NCBI GenBank assembly: GCA_000004695.1
Contig: CM000150.2
Location: 3,264,001 to 3,328,000 of the forward strand
Direction: 5' to 3'
Length of the DNA stretch: 64,000 bases
Source of the DNA: Dictyostelium discoideum
Lineage: Eukaryota
Under the pieces are notes generated by a model. The model saw only the letters and a list, made by a program, of their open reading frames with translations. It was not told the DNA's origin and ran no database searches. Every line of letters begins with the position of its first letter. The stretch's first letter is position 1. Made by a program: the position numbers and the translations under genes. Below are positions 1 to 10,208 of this stretch, in pieces.

Positions 1-2
1 AA

Positions 3-33
<31 letters not shown>

Positions 34-636
34 TTTGATCAAAAAAACTTTTAATTATTTCCCTAAAAAAAAAAAAAAAAAAAATCAAATGACGTGTTAT
101 TTAATTTTTTTTTTTTTTAATTTTATTTTTTTTGAAAATAAATGGACAGATCTATTATTATATTTTAGAGAAATTATTTTATTGTTATTTTTATTATAAT
201 TTTTTTTTTTTTTTTTTTTTTTTTTTTGGCAAGTTTTTGTAAATATAAATAAATAAATGTTCAGTCATATTTCACCCAATTTTTAAATTGATTAAAATGG
301 AATTAAAATATTATTTTAAATAAAAGTATTGATTTTAAATACAATTTTAATTGAATTAAATTAATGAATTAATTATTTTCATTCTCTTTAAATAAAATTA
401 AATTTTTAGAATTCTTCTTTTTTGGTAAAAGTTAACATGTTGTTGGGACATTGGTTAAATTAAAATTATTATTTTTTTTTTTAATATTTTTGGATTTCAA
501 AAAAAAAGCTGATATAATCTTAATTTTTTAATTATTTCTCTCATCCAAATGATTTTAAATTGTTTAAAATTTTAACTTTAATCATTGATTTCTTTAAATT
601 GTAAATATAAAAAAAAAAAGTTGTCCAGTTTTACAT

Positions 637-754
<118 letters not shown>

Positions 755-791
755 TTTTATGACATTTATCTCTAAATATTATTTTTATATA

Positions 792-831
<40 letters not shown>

Positions 832-1130
832 CATATTTTTTTTAGTTTTTGTTTTTTTTTTAAAGTCATAAAAAAGATTTAATTTTTTATTTTTTTATTT
901 TTTTAGGACAATAATTGTTTAATCCTGTTTTTTGATTAAAAAATAAAAAAAATGTTTTTGCTTGAATTTTAGTGACAACACAACTCGAAAAAACGGGATA
1001 TTTTTTTTTTAAAAAAAAAATTTGGAAAAAAAAAAAAAATATTAAAAAAAAAAAAAAATCAAAGGTTTTATTTTCACCCCTCAATAAAAAACTTAAACAT
1101 ACAAAGTTTATTTAAATAAAATAAATATAT

Positions 1131-1290
1131 AATAAATAAAATAAAATAAAATAAAATAAAATAAAATAAATAAAAATAAAATAAAAATAAAATAAAATAA
1201 AATAAAATAAAATAAAATAAACAAAAATAAAAATAAAATAAAATAAATAAAAATAAAAATAAAAATAAATAAATAAAAAAATAAATAAAC
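1131..1290. repeat. (AAAAT)n / (AAATA)n imperfect microsatellite immediately upstream of ATG at 1296
   Basis: 'aaataaaataaaataaaat...' run; lies in 5' flank/promoter of gene 1296..2203. Confidence 0.85.
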
Positions 1291-1295
1291 AAAAA

Positions 1296-1784
1296 ATGGC
1301 ATTTGACGAAAAACAAACTCAACAACAACAACAACAACTACAACAACAACAACAACAACAACCAATTTATGCTCCACAACAACAACAACAACAACAACAA
1401 TTTATGGCACCACCAATGGCAATTGTTCCACAAGTTGGACAAATGGCTAAACATAAAATTCAAGCAGAACATGAATGTGGTTACAATGTGACTGGTTTTA
1501 AAAATTGTTACCCATCTCAATTATCAAATAATTTATCAAGTGAAGAATATGCATTCATTGTTGAAAAATTAAATAGATTAATACATAGTTTCAGAAAAAC
1601 TGGCCTTGTCATTACTTTACTCTATATTTTCGTTCAATTCTCTTTGGTCTCTTTATTAATTTTCGGTTCAATGGATAATTCAATGGCTTTAATTGGTTCT
1701 TACATTGCTCTCAATATATTAGTAGTAATTATCTATATTATTATTCTTGTTACAAGAAATAGACGTGTATGTATTATTTATTAT

Positions 1785-1825
<41 letters not shown>

Positions 1826-2203
1826 GTTTATTAATTTTTAAATAATTATAATTATTATTAGTTTGTAGAAAGCTTAAAATGTACTGTATCAGAAATCAAT
1901 TCTCAATATACTAATCGTAATATTAGACTTGAAGCTTATAGAAAAGTTGCTAGACGTGTATTCATTGTTAAAGCAAGAATTTATTATCCACCAACTTTAG
2001 TCTTCACACAAGCTCCACAAATGTATAACTATCAACAACAACCACAACAACAATATTATGCACAATCTCCAGTTTACCAACAACAACAACCACAATATGT
2101 TCCACAACAACCACAACCACAATATGCTCCACAACAACAACAACAAACCTATGGAGGTTATACTTTAGATGACAAAACAACCGACTCATCTCCACTCATT
2201 TAA
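1296..2203 (+). CDS. Two-exon gene (1296..1766, 1862..2203) encoding ~270-aa protein: N-terminal poly-Q, two predicted TM helices, PQ-rich C-terminus; possibly GOLGA7/ERF4-like (weak)
   Basis: ORF 1296 ATG; donor GTATGT at 1767, acceptor ...attattag at 1861; exon 2 stays in frame with ORF 2021..2203; hydrophobic stretches 'LVITLLYIFVQFSLVSLLIFG' and 'LIGSYIALNILVVIIYIIILV'; GOLGA7 resemblance is loose pattern-level only. Confidence 0.55.
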
Positions 2204-3306
2204 AAAAAACCAATTTTAAAAATAAGAAATCAAAATAATATCAATAAACTAATCACATGTTGTGATAAAGGAAATAAAAAAAATAAAAAAAAAATATTAA
2301 TGTATAAAAAAAAAAAAAAAAATACCATTTTAAAAAAATTTTGTTTTTTTTAATTATTTAATTTGAAATGAAAAAATTTCTTTTTATTTTTTTTTTTTTT
2401 TTAAAAATTAATTAATTAAAATTGAAAAAAATTAATTAATATCGCAAATGCAGAATAAAAAAGAAATTTATTTAATGGATGAATTTAGTAGTGGATTTAG
2501 GAGATATTTTTATTTATAACAAATTTCATTTTCAGATAATATTATTTTTTTAATTTTAATTTTAATTTTTTTTTTTTTATTATTAGTTAAAAACATAAAT
2601 ATGATTGTTTATTTTATAATTTTTAATTTTTAATTTTAATTTTTTATTAAAACCAAAATCTTTATATTTTTATCTTTTTTTTTTACTTTATTTTATTTTG
2701 TTTATTATTATTATAATAATATATAACAACAATGAAAAAAAAAAAAAAAAACTTTTAAATGTTTCCAATACAATATAAATTAAAATATATTTTGTGAATC
2801 TTTTTTTGTATGTGTAAAAATTACAATACACAAAGTTAATTATAATTCAATTATTCATGGATAGGTCCTTTTTTAAATATTTTTTTACTTTTTTTTAACA
2901 AAACAAAAAAAAAAAACTTCACACAAAAAAATCTGGCAGATTTTTTTTTTTTTTTTGGGAATCAATTAATCAAGTTTTATTTTTATCTTTTTTTTTTTTT
3001 TTTATAAAAAATAGATATTTTACATCCTGGTTAATTTTTATTTTGTTATTTTTAAAATAAAGTGACTTTCCTAAAACAAAAAGTGATTTTTTAAATTTAA
3101 GATATTTTGAGAGTGGAATTGGAAATGGTTGACGATTATTCTGATTTTTTTTTATTTTATTTTATTTTTTTCAAATATTTTAATTTTAAAATTTATTTTT
3201 AAATTTTATTTTATTTTTTTTTTTTTTTCAAAACGAAGGATAAAAATCCCATTTTCAAAATGATTTTTTTTTTTTTTTTCATTTTTGATATTGCTCTTAA
3301 AATAAA

Positions 3307-3606
3307 ATGAATAAGTTAATTAGTTTATTACTTGTATGCTTAGTTGCTATTGCATTAGTGAATGCTGATTGTGCTATCGATTTTGATAGTGACACAGGTA
3401 AATTTAAATTAAAATAAAAAAAACAAACAAACAAACACTAACTCATTAAAATATTTAGTAAACTCTGTTACATCTAGTGATTGGAGTTGCTTAGCTGCTA
3501 GCAATGATCGTGTTATTATGCAAGTATTTTCTGGTGGTTATGGGTAAATATTATTCTAAAAAAAAAAAAAAACAAAACAATTTTAAAACATATTTCAGTA
3601 CTAATA

Positions 3607-3639
<33 letters not shown>

Positions 3640-4805
3640 ATTAGATATACTTCAGGAATTGCTTCTGCAGTCCAAGGTGCCCAAGCAGCTGGTATTTCTA
3701 CAATTGATCTCTATGCATTCTTATGTAATCAATGGTAGGATAATAATAATAATAATTATTTATTTATTTTTATTTTCTTTTTTCCTAATCTTTGTTTTTT
3801 TATTTTTTTATTTATAGCTCAGGTAATAGTCCATCATCTTCAGCAATCCAAAGTATTGTATCTCAACTTCAAAATGATGGTGTTTCATACAATATGTTAT
3901 GGATTGATGTTGAACAATGTGATGGATGTTGGGGTGATTTAGGTGACAACGCAGCATTTGTTCAAGAAGCCGTTGAAACTGCCCAAAATCTTGGTGTAAG
4001 TTTATAATACTATATTAATGAATATTATAGTGTCGGGGGAACTCAGGAGAGGAATAGAAAGAATTGAGATTTTAAATATTGGTAATGGATTTCAATTAAC
4101 CATAGGATACAATTTTATTATTTTATTATTTTATTATATTATTATTTTATTATTTTATTTTTTAAAGGTTAATGTTGGTGTTTACAGTTCAATTGGTGAA
4201 TGGAGTCAAACTGTAGGTAATTTAAGTGGTTTAGGTGTTGACTTATGGTATGCTCACTATGATAATAATCCATCATTCTCTGATTCAAGCTTTTATGAAT
4301 TTGGTGGTTGGACTTCACCAACTATGAAACAATACGCTGGTAATGGAAATGAGTGTGGTGTTAGCGTTGATATGAATTTCTTTGGTTCTGGAACATGTTC
4401 AGCATCAACTGGTTCAGGTTCAGGTAAATTTTTTTTTCTATTTTTTTTTTTTTTTTTATTCTTTTTTTAAAAAAAAATTACTAACCATAACAACTCTTGG
4501 TAATCAGGCTCATCATCAGGTTCATCATCAGGTTCATCATCAGGTTCATCATCAGGTTCAGGTTCATCATCAGGTTCAGGTTCATCATCTGGTTCATCAT
4601 CAGGTTCAGGTAAATTTTTTTATTTTTATTTTTATTTTTATTTTTATTTTTATTTTTTTTTTTCTTCTTTCGGCAAACGATTACTAACCGCAGCAACTCA
4701 TTACCACCATCAGGATCAGGCTCATCATCATCAGGATCAGGCTCAGGTTCAGGTTCATCATCAGGCTCAGGTTCATCATCAGGATCGGGATCAGGTTCAT
4801 CATAA
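3307..4805 (+). CDS. GH25-family (Entamoeba/Chalaropsis-type) lysozyme with signal peptide and C-terminal Ser/Gly-rich tail; 7 exons (3307..3397, 3458..3542, 3645..3734, 3818..3995, 4168..4423, 4508..4609, 4714..4805)
   Basis: Signal peptide MNKLISLLLVCLVAIALVNA; motifs 'MLWIDVEQCDGCWGD' and 'VDLWYAHYD' typical of GH25 catalytic domain; all introns GTAAAT/GTAAGT/GTAGGA...AG, phases hand-checked; last two exons encode (GSSS/GS)n repeats, stop TAA 4803..4805. Confidence 0.7.
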
Positions 4806-4904
4806 GCAGTTGAATTGGATGTTAAATAAATTTTAAAATTTAAAAAAAAAAAAAAAACAAGGATTATTACCAATTTTTTAAAATTTAAAAAAAGTACATC
4901 TTTG

Positions 4905-5845
4905 AATGTTGAAAAATAAAAAAAAAGTTAAAATATAAACAATATTGAATAGTAATAATTTTACTTTTATTTTTTTTTTATTTCATTATTTTATAATAAT
5001 TATATTTTTTTTTTTTTTATTTTTTTAAAATAAAAAAAAATAAAATAATAGGATAGGATTTGCAATTAAGCAGTCCAAACCTTAAGATTTGAAGTACCAA
5101 TATTTGTAATTGTTAATCTTCCACCACCAAAACTTCTACTGAATTGACCTTTGCTATGAATATCATTATCTTCATCAGGACTTAATCCACATTGAAATCT
5201 TACACGTCCATTTCCACCTCCAACAACTTCAACATTAACTTGAGTAGATCTTGGCCATGCCCATGTTGGAACGCCACTTACTTGACTACCACTATTGATA
5301 TAATACGGACTAATTTAATTTATTTAATGATAAAAAAAATAAACTATTAATATAATAAAAATATTAATTTAATTAAATAATTATAATTATAATTTACCCT
5401 GCCATTTTTTTAAATTTAATAATATTTTAGTTTATTTAAAAAAAAAAAAAATTCTTTATATAAAAAAAATAATTGAAAATGTTTGTTAATTAATTAAATA
5501 ATAATGATAATAATAATAATAAAAAAAAAAAATAAATCTATTTATTTTCATACCAACAAAAAAAAAAATTAAAAAAATAAAATAAAATAAAATATCTTCC
5601 CAAACATGTGGACCTTTGATTTGTGTTTTAAAAAGAAAATGAGTGTTAATGAAATAAAAAAAAAAAAAAAAAAAAACTTGGCTATTTGTTTTTTTATTAT
5701 TTAATTTTATTTAATTGTTACTTTTTTTTTTTTTTTTTTTTAACAATTGAAATAAGGTATATAGTTATAAGATTATATCTCTTCAAATAAATTAACTTTC
5801 AGAGATTATTAAATTTAACAAATTGAATTGAATTAAATTGAACTT
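4905..5845. repeat. Copy A of ~0.93 kb direct segmental duplication (copy B at 8256..9190), >90% identical by eye, contains a complete small gene plus its upstream flank
   Basis: Long collinear identical stretches e.g. 'gttaaaatataaacaatattgaatagtaataatttt', 'ttgcaattaagcagtccaaacctta', 'cttggccatgcccatgttggaacgccacttacttgactaccactattgatataata', 'ataaggtatatagttataagattatatctcttcaaataaattaactttcagagattattaaatttaacaaattgaattgaattaaattgaa' present in both copies. Confidence 0.9.
5066..5405 (-). CDS. Small 88-aa protein, paralog A (exons 5398..5405 and 5066..5309): MAGPYYINSGSQVSGVPTWAWPRSTQVNVEVVGGGNGRVRFQCGLSPDEDNDIHSKGQFSRSFGGGRLTITNIGTSNLKVWTA; family not recognised
   Basis: ATGGCAGG|gtaaatt...aaattag|TCCGTAT; 8-nt first exon then 244-nt exon in phase, TAA stop at 5066..5068; identical architecture in copy B. 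Confidence 0.55.
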
Positions 5846-6164
5846 TTATTTTTTTTTTTTTTTTTTTTTTTATTTTTTTTTTTATTTTTTTATTTTTTTT
5901 TTTTTGGTCTAAGTACAGTTTCACAACTTGGTCTACGTTTGTATTCACAATGATGATCAAAAGTCTTGAGTAATAATTCTGACGTTGTTGCTGAACTGAA
6001 ATTCAATGATTCTACTTAAAAAAAAAAAATGAAATTTTAAAAAAGACAAGATAATAATAAAAATAATTAAAAAAAAAAATAGATTTATTTTTTTATTTTA
6101 TTATATATATACATATTTTTTATATATATTGTAATTTAACTAAATTGAAACAAAAAATATTAAA

Positions 6165-7230
6165 TTAATTTAAATACGGTATTGGAATTAAATCAATTCT
6201 TTGTTTGAGAGCATAAAGGTCAATAGTTAATGGACGAGCATTTGCTGGTGGATTTGGAAAGAATAAAGAGTTTGGTTGAATGGTAATGGTGAAGATTGGA
6301 TTATTTGGTGTATTATTTGGTGTATTATTATTATGTAAAAAACCTGTAATTGGTGTTTGTTGATTTGATAATCTTCTATATTTATTTATATCACGTGCTG
6401 TAAATCCTTCAGAACCAAATGAAATAATTGCTGATGGATTGACAATACTAACACTACCATCAAAAACAACTAAACAAAACTTTTTTAAATTACTAACACC
6501 TAAAGGCCATAATTGAAGTAAAAAAACTATGTTTACATCAGTATCAAAATAATCGGTACATTTGTTGAATGATTGAGTTTTAGTTTGTGCTTTATAATTT
6601 ACTTCAAAGATTAATAAAACACGTCTTGGATATTGACTTGGTACACTTTCATAGCTTCCATCTGGATTATAAACTGTATTCTCATCAATAACAAGATCAG
6701 AACTTCCTGAACCAGTAATATGACCTTGAGCTCTGCAATAAATTGATATTAATTCATTCATTTCAAATACTACTCTTCCATGATATACTGATTCACTTAA
6801 TTTATTAATTATTACTAAACCATTTAATAAAAATGCATTTTTATTATAACTATGATCATTTAAAAAAGTTTTTGAATTTATATTCTTTTGAACTACAAAA
6901 CCTTTATAACCATATTTTAAAAGTTCAATATTCTAAATTTATTATTTAAAAATAAAAATTATTAATAAAATTAATATTTAATTTATTATTATTAATTTTA
7001 ATTAAACAACTTACATTTCTAATAAAAATTATTTTCTCTTCGTTGGGTCCCATTTTTGTAATATCTAAATATCTTAAATTGTTCATTTTGATGACACGAT
7101 GTGAAGGAATTCCATTGACTAAATCATCTTCTACCTTTTCTTTTTCATAATCTGAATTATTTTTTTTAAATTTTGAAAAAAATTTCATTTGTGTATTTGA
7201 TCTATTTTCAAATCCAATAGAAGATATCAT
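6165..7230 (-). CDS. Hypothetical 327-aa protein, 2 exons (7015..7230, 6165..6932); no family recognised
   Basis: ATG at 7230 (MISSIGFENRSNTQMKFF...); donor gtaagt after ...IIFIRN (7014..7009), acceptor aaatttag at 6933/6934; exon 2 continues in phase 0 into ORF 6165..6761 (…MNELISIYCRAQGHITGSGSSDLVIDENTVYNPDGSYESVPSQYPRRVLLIFEV…PYLN*). Confidence 0.55.
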
Positions 7231-7834
7231 TATTAATATACAATTAATTATACAACAATAAAAACAATAGAAAAAAGAAGTATCATAGAATAAAAAAAAA
7301 AGTAAATATAAAAAAAAAAAAAAAAACAAATAATAATTATTAGAATTACATATTTCTATATTAATTAAAAATTTCTAATATTTACCTTATATATATATTT
7401 TAAATGAATTGAAATAAATTTGTTTTTGTGAAAAAAATTAAAATAAAAAAAAATAGAAACAATAATTAAAATAAAAAAAAAAATTAAAATAAAAAATAAA
7501 AAATAAGATTAACGCAATTTCATATGAAAAACCAATTTTGTAAATGATTTAAAATGGTAAATAATAAAACAAAAATAATACAAAACAAAAGACAAATGTA
7601 GAAAAAACAAAAAAAAAAAAAAAATAAAAAAAAAAAAAATAATATTTTATACTGACCATAATATGTTAAACATGTTCTAAATAAAATAATTTTTTTGTTT
7701 TCTAAATTTTCTCTATTTTTCTTTAATCGAATTCAATTGAATTATTTATTATAATTCTTCATCATGATTTGAATCTTTAGTACCATCAATTGTTGATTAA
7801 ATTGAATTGTAGCTAATTTTCTATACAATTCTGT

Positions 7835-8007
7835 TCACATAATTTTAAATGGTGAACCTTCAAAACCACCATCTTGTTGTAATTCTGATGTTTCTTGTTG
7901 TTTTAAAATACCAACCCCAAAATGATCACATTTTAAATTTGAAACAAGAATAATTGTTAATTTACCAGAAATGTAAATTTCATATTTTGAAAACAATAAA
8001 AATTTAC
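7835..8007 (-). CDS. C-terminal exon of a LAMTOR2/p14 (roadblock/LC7 domain, Ragulator) -like protein; N-terminal exon(s) lie upstream (to ~8220) but were not resolved
   Basis: Translation GKFLLFSKYEIYISGKLTIILVSNLKCDHFGVGILKQQETSELQQDGGFEGSPFKIM* aligns by eye with LAMTOR2 C-terminus (…[51 protein letters not shown]…); acceptor cattag at 8008/8009; candidate N-terminal exon 'MPIFFDTVDAIVSQKWFEF' near 8150..8215 cannot be spliced cleanly. Confidence 0.5.
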
Positions 8008-8255
8008 CTAATGAAAATTGATATTAATATATGTTTGAAAAAAATAAAGATTAAAAAAAAATAAAAAAAAAAACACACATTATTTTTTTATTTTTATCAC
8101 ATATAAACAAATAATGTCATTAAATAATTTAATTAAAATTTATAAAACAACACAAACTCAAACCATTTTTGAGATACAATTGCATCAACAGTATCAAAAA
8201 ATATTGGCATTAAAATGGGATTGGCAACAATCTATTCAATTGAAACGATTGAAAA

Positions 8256-9190
8256 TGTTGAAAAATAAAAAAAAAAAGTTAAAATATAAACAATATTGAA
8301 TAGTAATAATTTTATTTTTTTATTTCATTATTTTATAATAATTATATTTATTACTTTTATTTTTTTTTTTTATTTTTTTAAAATAAAAAAAATAAAAAAT
8401 AATAGGATTGGATTTGCAATTAAGCAGTCCAAACCTTAGGATTTGAAGTACCAATATTTGTAATTGTTAATCTTCCTCCACCAAAACTTCTTCTGAATTG
8501 ACCTTTGCTATGAATATCATTATCTTCATCAGGACTTAATCCACATTGAAATCTTACACGTCCATTTCCACCTCCAACAACTTCAACATTAACTTGAGTA
8601 GATCTTGGCCATGCCCATGTTGGAACGCCACTTACTTGACTACCACTATTGATATAATATGGACTAATTTAATTTATTTAATGATTTAAAAAATAAAATA
8701 TTAATATAATAAAAATATTAATTTAATTAAATAATTTATATTATAATTTTTACCCTGCCATTTTTTTAAATTCAATAATATTTTAGTTTTTAAAAAAAAA
8801 AAAAAATTATTTATATAAAAAAATAATTGAAAATTTTTGTTAATTAATTAAATGATGATAATAATAATAATAAAAAAAAAAAAAAAAAACTATTTATTTT
8901 CATACCAACAAAAAAAAAAATAAAATATCTTCCCAAATATGTGGACCTTTGATTTGTGTTTTAAAAAGAAAATGAGTGTTAATGAAATAAAAAAAAAAAA
9001 AAAAAAAAAACTTGGCTATTTGTTTTTTTATTATTTAATTTTATTTAATTGTTACTTTTTTTTTTTTTTTTTTTTTTAACAATTGAAATAAGGTATATAG
9101 TTATAAGATTATATCTCTTCAAATAAATTAACTTTCAGAGATTATTAAATTTAACAAATTGAATTGAATTAAATTGAATATTTAATTAAA
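8256..9190. repeat. Copy B of the ~0.93 kb direct segmental duplication (copy A at 4905..5845)
   Basis: See copy A; differs by small indels in oligo(A/T) runs and scattered substitutions. Confidence 0.9.
8420..8761 (-). CDS. Small 88-aa protein, paralog B (exons 8754..8761 and 8420..8663); differs from paralog A by 2 amino acids (S->R, L->P near C-terminus) plus synonymous changes
   Basis: Same ATGGCAGG|gtaaat...attag|TCCATAT structure; stop TAA at 8420..8422. Confidence 0.55.
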
Positions 9191-9262
9191 TTGAATTTAT
9201 CATAAAGTGATTTTATAGTTATGAGAGTTGGAAATGAGTAATTCTATTTTAAAAACCATAAT

Positions 9263-9294
<32 letters not shown>

Positions 9295-9350
9295 TATAAA
9301 ATATTGTTTAAAAACATTAAATTTTGATAACATAATTTTATAAAAGTATA

Positions 9351-9587
9351 TTATATTAATGAATTGATGGGATCAGATAAACCAGTATTGAAAGATAATT
9401 CATAATAAGATATTGATGAATCTTCATCTTGTATACCCAATGTAAATGATTTGCAATCAATTGGTAAATTATTTAAATTATTAAACATTTTTTTAATACT
9501 TTCAACACTCCAAATACTTGTTGATTTACAAGGTATAACAATATTATAGTTCTTTTTTTTTTTTTTTTAAAAAAAATTAAATAGATT

Positions 9588-9621
<34 letters not shown>

Positions 9622-9836
9622 CTAAAATGTAATATTTAAAATCTTACATTTGGATTATTTAAATTTTCAATTGCATGTAAATAAATTAATTGGTCATTAT
9701 GTTTAAATTCCACTTTATTCCATTTCTTTAAAAAAACTAAATCAACATAAATTTGATAAGCTAAATGAATTTGAATCATATAATGAGTTTCACTATATTT
9801 ATTCAATAAATCTTCAAATAAATTTTCTAATGACAT
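9351..9836 (-). CDS. Hypothetical 129-aa protein, 2 exons (9648..9836, 9351..9551); no confident family assignment
   Basis: ATG at 9836 (MSLENLFEDLLNKYSETHYMIQIHLAYQIYVDLVFLKKWNKVEFKHNDQLIYLHAIENLNNPN), donor gtaaga at 9647, acceptor after oligo(A) at 9552/9553, exon 2 NYNIVIPCKSTSIWSVESIKKMFNNLNNLPIDCKSFTLGIQDEDSSISYYELSFNTGLSDPINSLI*; six-frame ORF start at 9845 uses TTG so true ATG is 9836. Confidence 0.5.
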
Positions 9837-10160
9837 TTTAAACAAACAAAAGTGGGAGGTTTTCTTTTGTGGTTAACAGATCTGTTGCCGTTGAACTACA
9901 ATTTTTTTTTTTTTTTTTTGTTTTTTAAAAAAAAAAAATGAAAAAAAAAAAAAAATATTAAAAAAAATAATTTATCATTTTTTGTGTGTCACCACTTTTT
10001 TTTTTTTTAATTTCCTATTTTTTTTTTTTTTTTAAATTTTTTATATTTCATTATTTTTAATTAACTACTTTATTTATTTTTTTATTTTATTTCTTTTTTT
10101 TTTTCTCAAAAAAAAAGAAATAAAGAAATAATTAATATCTACATATTTTATAGATATCAT

Positions 10161-10204
<44 letters not shown>

Positions 10205-10208
10205 AATA

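Noticed and set aside
1074-1377. Minus ORFs rich in F/L/Y
   Set aside because: Antisense of the (AAAAT)n repeat and of the poly-Q start of gene 1296..2203.
4481-4873. Minus-strand ORF encoding DEPEPDP… acidic repeats
   Set aside because: It is the antisense reading of the (TCA/GGT)n Ser/Gly-coding exons of the lysozyme gene. It is interrupted by the lysozyme introns and has no independent start context.
8114-8299. +strand ORF MSLNNLIKIYKTTQTQTIFEI…
   Set aside because: Short, K-rich and runs into the oligo(A) start of duplication copy B. It overlaps the region where the LAMTOR2 N-terminal exon is expected on the opposite strand. No splice or start context supports it.
9230-9300. Possible additional coding exon after duplication copy B ('ataaagtgattttatagttatgagagttggaaatgagtaattc')
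   Set aside because: Too short, no consistent frame or splice signals. Likely 3' flank of the 9351..9836 gene.
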